This document shows, one piece after another, positions 9,001-14,948 of a DNA stretch of 17,591 nucleotides. The notes beneath the pieces are model-generated. The model saw nothing but the letters and a program-made list of their open reading frames with translations. It was not told where the DNA came from and did not search any database. Source of the DNA: Gemmatimonadota bacterium (GTDB lineage: Bacteria; Gemmatimonadota; Gemmatimonadetes; Palauibacterales; Palauibacteraceae); NCBI GenBank assembly GCA_046758745.1, contig JBHIAV010000053.1, forward strand, positions 1-17,591, written 5' to 3'. The translations under genes were made by a program, and so were the position numbers. Each line of letters begins with the position of its first letter. The first letter of the stretch is position 1.

Positions 9001-9587
9001 TCGCCGCTGTACGTCCGAGCGATCGCCACCAGGCCCTGGGCCGCATACCGGTAGGCTTCCTCCCAGGAGAGCCGCACAAACTCGTCGTTGCCGCGGTCAT
9101 CGAACCGGTAGGTGCTGCGCAAGCGAGGGTTTTCGGAGAGCGAGGGAAAGCCGTCGTCGGCCCACTCCTTCCACCCACGCCGAACCACCGGATAGCGGAG
9201 GCGGTGCGGACCATACACACGACGGTGCATGGTGTAGCCCTTCAGGCAGCCGCGCGGGTTCCAGGCCGGCGTGGCCTTGTTCCCGTACAGATCCGCGTAG
9301 CGCTGGTGGTCGTAGTTCTGTTCCGAGCGGATGAGGACGCCGTTCCGCACGAAGCCCCGCAGCCGGCACATGTGGGTGTCGTTGGGAGCACACACCCAGG
9401 TGAAGGTGCGATCGTAGTCGTATTGGTCGCGGTAGAGTCTCTCCCAGTCCCGGTCCGGATAGTGTTCCAGCGGGTTCTCTACCCCGACCACGGGGACGAG
9501 CATGCGGCACGAGGCCGTGCCGCCCAGCGTCAGGCTGGCCGAGGCGATCGCGGATCTCTTCACGAATTCACGGCGGCTCAGTGACAT
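6096..9587 (-). CDS. nxrA: Nitrite oxidoreductase/nitrate reductase alpha subunit (Mo-bis-PGD, type II DMSO reductase family), Tat-exported, periplasmic NXR type
   Basis: Twin-arginine motif SRREFVK. NXR-type motifs NPLEHYPDRDWERLYRDQY and the FS0 motif C66-APN-D70-THM-C74...WNPRG-C114. Predicted Mo-ligating Asp276 in YTWRGDQ. Further matches are GKNLIENKMPESHW, HGEGINHYFH, WAGNYK, HREGPEATPYLPNVIV, TPKSRHSVHS and YRYGSHQSITR. GAGGTG precedes the ATG at 9587, and the GTG at 9596 is an alternative start. Confidence 0.93.
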   Translation of the reverse strand: MSLSRREFVKRSAIASASLTLGGTASCRMLVPVVGVENPLEHYPDRDWERLYRDQYDYDRTFTWVCAPNDTHMCRLRGFVRNGVLIRSEQNYDHQRYADLYGNKATPAWNPRGCLKGYTMHRRVYGPHRLRYPVVRRGWKEWADDGFPSLSENPRLRSTYRFDDRGNDEFVRLSWEEAYRYAAQGLVAIARTYSGEQGRARLLRDGYLEEMFEHWGGAGTRTMKIGSSLPLHGIVGKFGLFRFGNLMGLLDHHVRGVSPEEAKGCRDWTEYTWRGDQAPGQPFVTGLQTSDCDFNDLRSTKLHIQVGKNLIENKMPESHWMSEIMERGGKIVTIAPEYNAPATKSDYWIQARPGLSDTALFLYVARYLIDEGLYDVDFVKQFTDFPLLVRTDTLERLRPEEVFPGYRQSDLSDGPSYTIQGLTDEQRRRIGDFLVWDATSGALRAITRDDVGERLARTGIDPALEWQGSVRTVDGRSVEAMTVFSLYRIHLRDYDLDTVAEITGADRALIRRLARDLATIRPAAIHHGEGINHYFHATLHNRAVFLPMMLTGNIGRPGAGVYTWAGNYKGGVFQASPWSGPGAGVYVREDPFRPVLDPEASLTAADLRNTMHGEEVGYWGAGDRPLIVDTPKGRKVFTGRTHMPTPTKLIWYNNANLINQAKWAYHLITNVNPKVDMIVDQQIEWTGSAEYADLVLPVNSWIESQTLEAGSSCSNPFLQLWGGRKQEAIRGIDPLYDSVDDAMVFAGVSAALAELTGDRRFRDYWHFVFSGDTDVYIDRVLAASSTTRTPDGRAYTCRDILAGKYGEAGVALMLYRTYPRIPFYEQVHDSLPFYTDCGRLSAYCDIPEAIEYGENFIVHREGPEATPYLPNVIVSSNPYIRPADYGISLTAVDADLRQVRNVRMPWRRVKKTTNPLWEQGFRFFCSTPKSRHSVHSSWSVVDWNWIWSTNFGDPYRMDKRMPGVSDRQIQMSPEAAEELGLHDGDYVYVDANPTDRPFVGWSADGDRYKAFRCMVRVKFSPGLPKYFTIMKHTGWMATERSVQAHESRKDGRALAEGTGYQASYRYGSHQSITRAWMMPMHQTDSLFHKKAGAMAFTFGFDIDNHAINSVPKETLVRITRAEPGGLEGGIWEPATTGYSPGAEDEFMERYLTGDTVGVRGSVT

Positions 9588-9677
9588 CGCGCGCACCTCA
9601 TCTCGGTCCGGTCAGCCAGCCCTCTTCGTACTCCGTGCCGCAGCCCGTATGGGCCGCCGCGTATGTCTTCCACTCCC

Positions 9678-9707
9678 GCTAGAGTTCGAGATCACCCCAA
9701 CTCTAGC
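9678..9707. promoter_or_regulatory. Perfect 9-bp inverted repeat GCTAGAGTT-N12-AACTCTAGC about 90 nt upstream of nxrA (leader hairpin or operator)
   Basis: Seen directly. On the minus (nxr mRNA) strand the stem extends by three more pairs, including one G.U, after a G-G mismatch. Confidence 0.5.
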
Positions 9708-9752
9708 TGGAAAGTGCTCCGCCGGCCTGTCGGGAGGACTTGGCGACCTGAT

Positions 9753-9769
9753 GTGGGGATTTGCCCTAC
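9753..9769. promoter_or_regulatory. Imperfect palindrome GTGGGGA-TTT-GCCCTAC; possible NarL/NreC (LuxR-type) response-regulator site
   Basis: Reads TAGGG-CAAAT-CCCCA on the minus strand, resembling but not matching the NreC-type TAGGG-N4-CCCTA. It lies about 170 nt upstream of nxrA. Confidence 0.3.
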
Positions 9770-9907
9770 GCGCTGAAGCGAAGAGGGCGGCACGCGGTCT
9801 GTGGACTTCCAGGTGATGAGATCAGGAGCGTGGCGTACGGCGAGCCGCCCGTCGGGCTGCCGCCCACGCCCGAACCGTCGCTTCCTCCGAGAAGATCGCG
9901 GGGGCAG

Positions 9908-10024
9908 TCAAAAGGGTATCACGTCGCGTCCAACCGCCATATCGACTGGAATGAAGTGTTCGCGGATGATCCTCTCGGCCTCTTCGTGCGTTCCGCGCTT
10001 GAACTTCCCTTAATGCACCTCATA
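9908..10024 (-). pseudogene. Possible degraded gene fragment (YEVH*GKFKRGTHEEAERIIREHFIPVDMAVGRDVIPF*)
   Basis: A protein-like amphipathic stretch bounded by in-frame stops and lacking a start. The family is not identified. Confidence 0.3.
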
Positions 10025-10042
10025 GCAGGCCGCTTCGGCACG

Positions 10043-10066
10043 CCCCAGTCCCCTCAACGACTGGGG
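10043..10066. repeat. Perfect 8-bp inverted repeat CCCCAGTC-N8-GACTGGGG next to an AT-rich patch (10079-10098)
   Basis: Seen directly in the divergent intergenic region. Confidence 0.5.
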
Positions 10067-10338
10067 ATTCCTCCGCGATTGACGTATATTTTTTCGTTAG
10101 GAGGCCTCTGAGAAGCCCATGGCTGCACTTCTCGTCTCGTCGCTGGTTGTCTTCCGCCCGCCTCTTGGCGCAGAAGAAGCGCCAATGAAGCCCACGGAAC
10201 TGGGCGGCGGAGCAAGTCCGGCCCCATCGACCCCTAGCCAACGGTCGGCCGACTGGTTCTCGACACCCAGGGCGACCCTCCTCCAGGACGTCTTGACAGA
10301 CCGTCGAATCCTATCCGTTTGACCCAAGGAGAGGCCGA

Positions 10339-12678
10339 ATGACACGGTGGACGATCCCCAAGAAGCCGCGGCGTCTCTCGCTCTGGCAGGGAAGGACTGG
10401 TGCGCTGCTGCTGATCCTAGGAGCGCTGGGTGCCTGTTCCAGGAGGCCGGCCATACGGGGCGCGACGGATCTACCCTTCAGGCTGGACGGTCTGGAGACA
10501 GCTGAGATCGACGGCGAGCCAGTGTTCCTACCGCCCAACCCGTACAACATCTTCGTCAACTACGAGTTGGGGATGCACTGCGTCGGCTTCGACATGAACT
10601 ACTGCTGTGTTATCCCGCCGTACAACAGCATCCAGGCTCAGGCGATGCGAACGGCGACGGCGGACGACCCGAGGCCTCGCCTGCTCTCACCGGAAGATGG
10701 GGTGACGTTGTGGTACGGTGTGGACGACAACACGTATTCCGAAGGCGACAAGATGGCCTACTGGGGGGTGCCCAAAGACGTGAATGGCGACGGGGACAAG
10801 GACGATCCCAACGACAACTTCGCCAACTACGTCTGGACGCACCTGTACATCTACGCGGACCTGGAAGGGACCCTGCCTGAAGGGCGTAGCCGAGCGGACC
10901 GGCTCCGCGTGGGCCGAGAGATCCCTGTGCAAGTGGACCACGGTCCCTCCGGCGCGCCGATGGCCGGCTTCGCGTCCTATGCGGACGAGGATGGCGGAAA
11001 CGTCGTCTTCACCGAGTCCCGCTACGGAGGCCTGTCCGATATCCCGCTGACGCTGACAGCCAGCCACATCTGGGACGCGCTGGGCCTGCCGCTGACGGCC
11101 TTCAACGACGGCGTGTTGGATGGGGGCTCCCACCGCAGCATCGAGGAAACCTACCTGCAGCCGTTCCAGGTCTCGCGCGTCACGCTCTACGACGCCCGAA
11201 CCGAGAGCCCGATCCGGACGAACGGCAATGAGGTCAGCTTCTTCGGCACCAACCCCGTGGACATCCCGAATTGCGTGTGGTGCCACGGCACCGAGCGGGC
11301 GAATGCCTTCGGCGACGAGATGTTCACGAGGTACCGGCAAGAGTACGACTACTGGACGTCGACCTATCCGGACCAGAGCGACTTCATGGCTCGGCTGAGC
11401 GCGGCTAACATCAGCATCCTAGAGATCCACGATTCGAAGCACGGCACGGCCTTCCTGGCGGAGTACGCCCCGAAGGCATCCAGCAACCGTCTCGGAAGCT
11501 CTGGACCGGTGAACTGTTCCGACTGCCACGGGGACAACGTGCAGGGGCGGCTGAAGGTGCAGGGCGAGACTCCGCAGCAGCAGGCCACGCCGCTGACCGA
11601 GGCGATCCATCAGACGCACCTTACGTTCGTGCCGGACGCCGACCAGTTCGGCCGTACCCAGGCCTGTCAGATGTGCCACCCGTCGCACTTCCAGAATCCG
11701 GAGTTGAACGTCACGGGGACGGGCTTCAGTCCGCTTACCAAGGACGGCCAGCCGCGATTCTCGGAGGGCGACATTCGCACCTCCGGCGGCGGCTGCTACC
11801 TCCGCCGTGACGCGCACACCAACCCGAGGGCCCAGCCGCCCTTCTTTCTGAATTCCGTGGGCGAGTACCTGCTGGCGAGCGTGGCGACCGTAGCGGAGGA
11901 ACTGCGCGGCCTGTACTGCACCAATTGCCACAACCACAACGCGCAGGCGCTCTACGCGCGTGATGCTCTCGTGACGGGACAGAAGCCGAGCGCCGACGAG
12001 ACGCTACGCGGCCAGTCGCTGGCGGAGATCGCCGCCGCCGTGACCGGATCCGACGACGTGGCCGCTTATGCGGCGTATTACCTCGATCCGGTCGTCGGGG
12101 CGGACGGCAATCCGCTGGTGGCGTACTATGCTGAGCACGAACCAGCCGCGCTGCCGGAGGTAGGCGAAAGCGCGACCTACGCCGACGCATCGGCTGGGAT
12201 CGACTGGTGGCTGTCGGCCAGCCAACCGCACTGCGCGGACTGTCACGTGCCCCCCTTCGTCGAGAGCATGGGCGGCGCGTATTTCCCCATTGATCAGCAG
12301 GGCAAGTACTCGCTGTACCGCTACTCGAAGGCGCACGCCAACATCGCCTGCCAGTCCTGCCATGAGTCGATCCACGGCCTGTACGAGGCGGTGGAAGGTG
12401 AGGGCGCGGATCAGACCACGATCGCTCAGGCGCGTCAGTTCAGCCCCGACGGCAAATATGCCGGACCGGTGACCTGCGTGGCCTGTCACGTTGTCGGCCC
12501 GAACGGAGTCCCGGTCCAACTAGGCGACACGGACTACTACGACGACTATTGGGCCTCAGTCGTGCTGCTGCACTACATGCGGGGCGAAGACTTCACGCTT
12601 TCGATTGACGAGCTGCTGGCCAACTATCCATACGAGGACGCGGCCGCGATCGTGGCGAGCAGCGTGCAGGCACGATGA
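10339..12678 (+). CDS. Multiheme cytochrome c lipoprotein with 7 CxxCH motifs (779 aa)
   Basis: Heme motifs CVWCH, CSDCH, CQMCH, CTNCH, CADCH, CQSCH and CVACH. Lipobox LGAC follows a basic n-region and hydrophobic h-region. The N-terminal domain has ELGMHC...YCCVIPPYNSIQAQ. AAGGAGAGG precedes the ATG. Confidence 0.9.
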   Translation: MTRWTIPKKPRRLSLWQGRTGALLLILGALGACSRRPAIRGATDLPFRLDGLETAEIDGEPVFLPPNPYNIFVNYELGMHCVGFDMNYCCVIPPYNSIQAQAMRTATADDPRPRLLSPEDGVTLWYGVDDNTYSEGDKMAYWGVPKDVNGDGDKDDPNDNFANYVWTHLYIYADLEGTLPEGRSRADRLRVGREIPVQVDHGPSGAPMAGFASYADEDGGNVVFTESRYGGLSDIPLTLTASHIWDALGLPLTAFNDGVLDGGSHRSIEETYLQPFQVSRVTLYDARTESPIRTNGNEVSFFGTNPVDIPNCVWCHGTERANAFGDEMFTRYRQEYDYWTSTYPDQSDFMARLSAANISILEIHDSKHGTAFLAEYAPKASSNRLGSSGPVNCSDCHGDNVQGRLKVQGETPQQQATPLTEAIHQTHLTFVPDADQFGRTQACQMCHPSHFQNPELNVTGTGFSPLTKDGQPRFSEGDIRTSGGGCYLRRDAHTNPRAQPPFFLNSVGEYLLASVATVAEELRGLYCTNCHNHNAQALYARDALVTGQKPSADETLRGQSLAEIAAAVTGSDDVAAYAAYYLDPVVGADGNPLVAYYAEHEPAALPEVGESATYADASAGIDWWLSASQPHCADCHVPPFVESMGGAYFPIDQQGKYSLYRYSKAHANIACQSCHESIHGLYEAVEGEGADQTTIAQARQFSPDGKYAGPVTCVACHVVGPNGVPVQLGDTDYYDDYWASVVLLHYMRGEDFTLSIDELLANYPYEDAAAIVASSVQAR

Positions 12679-13307
12679 AGGTCCGTACGGGAATCGGCGA
12701 GATTCGAGTTCGTCGGTCCCTCGTCGTACTCGCGCTCGTCGTGGCGACCGGCGCATCCGTGCTGGCGGTGCTGGCTCCGGGCGGTGCGGCTCCCAGTGAA
12801 GCCTCGCCGTCAGCGACCGATGCCGGATCGGCTGCACCGTCCACTGCTTCGGAGACCCCGCCTCGCCGGGTCCACACCACACATGCGGGCGAGCGTCTGG
12901 CGCCCGGTTTCTCCCTTCCGGATGTCCTGCGTCAGGGGGAGCGGGTCACGTTGAGCGAATATTCCGGTCGGCCGGTGGTCGTCAATTTCTTTGCCAGTTG
13001 GTGCGTGCCGTGCCGGAAGGAGATGTCCGCCCTGGAGACTGCCTACCAGCGTCACAGGGATTCGGGCCTGGTGGTCATCGGCGTGGGCGCCAGGGACGGA
13101 AAGCGGCCGGTGATCGGCTTCGCCATCTCAGCGGGTGTGACCTTTCCGGTCGTGTGGGACGGCTCGGGGGAGGTGTCCACCGCCTACGGTCTGCGGGGCA
13201 TGCCGACGACGTACTTCATTGACGCAACCGGAATCGTCAGGAACACGGTGATGGGCGCGCTCAAGTTGGAGCAGCTGGGGGAGCAGATCACGGCGATTCT
13301 GGACTGA
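12675..13307 (+). CDS. TlpA/ResA/CcmG-like membrane-anchored thiol-disulfide oxidoreductase
   Basis: N-terminal TM segment and A/S/P-rich linker, then APGFSL, GRPVVVNFFASWCVPCRKEM and YGLRGMPTTYFID..G. ATGA overlap with the multiheme gene. Confidence 0.9.
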   Translation: MKVRTGIGEIRVRRSLVVLALVVATGASVLAVLAPGGAAPSEASPSATDAGSAAPSTASETPPRRVHTTHAGERLAPGFSLPDVLRQGERVTLSEYSGRPVVVNFFASWCVPCRKEMSALETAYQRHRDSGLVVIGVGARDGKRPVIGFAISAGVTFPVVWDGSGEVSTAYGLRGMPTTYFIDATGIVRNTVMGALKLEQLGEQITAILD

Positions 13308-13344
13308 GCGGGGCTCTCTGGAACAAGTCGTCGAGCCACTCCTC

Positions 13345-13365
13345 CCGGGCGCGTAAAGCGTCTGG
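13345..13365 (+). terminator. Weak hairpin between convergent genes (CCGGGCGC-GTAAA-GCGTCTGG)
   Basis: 8-bp stem with two G.U pairs, followed only by TT. Confidence 0.25.
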
Positions 13366-13384
13366 TTCCACCGGCCGCCTCGTC

Positions 13385-14665
13385 TCAGTCGTGGGCGGTC
13401 GCGCCCGTCGGCCCGAGATGCCGCAAGTCCTCGCCAGACGGGTGCTGGAAGATCCGCAGGCCGAACTCCGGCACCGTGGCCAGGATATGGTCGAAAATGT
13501 CGGCCTGGATCCCCTCGTACTCGCCCCACTCCGTCGTTGCCGTGAAGCAGTAGATCTGGATCGGAAGGCCGGCCGGCGTCGGATCCCGCTGCTGCACCAG
13601 GAGCGTCATCTCCCGGTTGATACTGGGATGATTCTGCAGGTAGCGGAATATGTAGGCCCGGAACGTCCCGATGTTGGTGAGCCGGCGGGCGTTCACCTCG
13701 TCGCTGGATGCCCCGGCCAGGGGACGGTTCGCCTCGCCCAGGGCCTGCTGCTTCGCTTCGACGTAGTCCCTCAACAGCTCGAACCGCTTGAAGCGCTCGA
13801 CCTCCTCATCGCTGAGGAAGCGGATGGTTCCCTGGTCGACGAACAGGGATCGTTTGATCCGCCGGCCGCCGGATTCCGACATGTAGCGCCAGTTGCGGAA
13901 CCCTTCGGCGATGAACTTGTGCGTGGGAATCGTGGAGACCGTCTTGTCCCAGTTCTGGATCTTCACCGTGTGCAGGGCAATCTCGATGACGTCTCCGTCC
14001 GCTCCATGCTGAGGCAGCTCCACCCAATCGCCGATACGCATCATGTCGTTGCTGGCGATCTGGACGCTGGCGACCAGCGAGAGGATGGTGTCCTTGAAGA
14101 CCAGAAGGAGAACGGCTGTCAGCGCCCCAAATCCGCCCAGCAGAATGAGCGGCGATTGATCCAGCGCGACGGAGACGATGAGGATGCCTCCCATCACGTA
14201 CATGAAGATCTTGACGACCTGCACGTACCCCTTGATGGGACGGCTTCGGGAGATGGGGGCCTGCTCGTAGATCTCGTTGACGGCTGTGAGGAATCCGTCC
14301 GCCGAACGGATGACGATGAAGATCACGAGAATGATGGCGACGGCCCTGACGACGCTCACCGCCCCATCCGGCACCCCCGGGATGAGAGTGATGCCGAAGT
14401 AGATGACGGCCATGGGGACGAGGTGGGCAAGGCGCTCGAACACCCCGTGGTGCTGGACGATGTCGTCCCAGTCGACGGGCGATCGCTCGATGAGCCTTTC
14501 CAACGCCCGCAGGATGTACCGCCGGGCTGGGACGTCGGTCAGCCATGCGGCCAGGAGAAGTGCTACGACGCCCAGGCCGGTCTCAATGAGGGGATGCGTG
14601 TTGAGCCACGCCGTGATGGTCTCGACCATGGTTCCAGATGGGGCGGCCTGTATCCCGAGAAGCAT
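13385..14665 (-). CDS. MscS-family mechanosensitive channel, YbdG (miniconductance)-like
   Basis: RPIKGYVQVVKI, LGGFGALTAVLLLVFKDTILSLVASVQI..NDM.RIGDWVE.P..GADGDVIEIALHTVKIQNWDKT.STIPT, F.NWR.MSESGGRRIKRS, LTNIGTFRAY and YEGIQADIFDH. The start could alternatively be at 14629. Confidence 0.92.
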   Translation of the reverse strand: MLLGIQAAPSGTMVETITAWLNTHPLIETGLGVVALLLAAWLTDVPARRYILRALERLIERSPVDWDDIVQHHGVFERLAHLVPMAVIYFGITLIPGVPDGAVSVVRAVAIILVIFIVIRSADGFLTAVNEIYEQAPISRSRPIKGYVQVVKIFMYVMGGILIVSVALDQSPLILLGGFGALTAVLLLVFKDTILSLVASVQIASNDMMRIGDWVELPQHGADGDVIEIALHTVKIQNWDKTVSTIPTHKFIAEGFRNWRYMSESGGRRIKRSLFVDQGTIRFLSDEEVERFKRFELLRDYVEAKQQALGEANRPLAGASSDEVNARRLTNIGTFRAYIFRYLQNHPSINREMTLLVQQRDPTPAGLPIQIYCFTATTEWGEYEGIQADIFDHILATVPEFGLRIFQHPSGEDLRHLGPTGATAHD

Positions 14666-14948
14666 TCTCCATGACCTCCGTACGCGCAGCGCCGGGTTCC
14701 GGGACCAGCGGCGGCTAGGTTTGGTAAGCGATACCGCTATGCTGGATCTTCGTCCCCTCGACAGCCCTCTGCAAGGACACGAGCCCGGGCTCGCCGTGCC
14801 GACTTGCGCCCCGGACGCTATCGAGCGCCGAGGCTCCCGCGATCGGAGGTGCAGGTGATCCGTCCGTGGAGGGGAGCGTTGCGGATGGCACGGCTACCAT
14901 CCTCAGACGCGGGAGGGCTCGGCAACCTGTGGACCTACGAGGACGAGA

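Noticed and set aside
6453-9584. 1043-aa plus-strand ORF
   Set aside because: Antisense shadow of nxrA. Such shadows are expected from high-GC codon bias, and it has no recognisable motifs.
6096-9587. Annotation as cytoplasmic NarG or periplasmic NapA
   Set aside because: It has a Tat signal and a C-x3-D-x3-C FS0 motif, whereas NarG has H-x3-C-x3-C and NapA has a Cys Mo ligand. There is no narI or napB.
9588-9760. Moco riboswitch upstream of the molybdoenzyme
   Set aside because: Hairpins are present, but I could not find the conserved multi-stem Moco RNA pattern. An Rfam scan would be needed.
10079-10321. FNR boxes or sigma70 promoters at TTGACG (10079) and TTGACA (10293)
   Set aside because: Neither has an ATCAA half-site at N4 spacing or a credible -10 hexamer at 16-18 nt.
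10119-10322. 67-aa ORF upstream of the multiheme gene
   Set aside because: GGAGG is about 14 nt from the ATG, the sequence is low-complexity, and there is no motif support.
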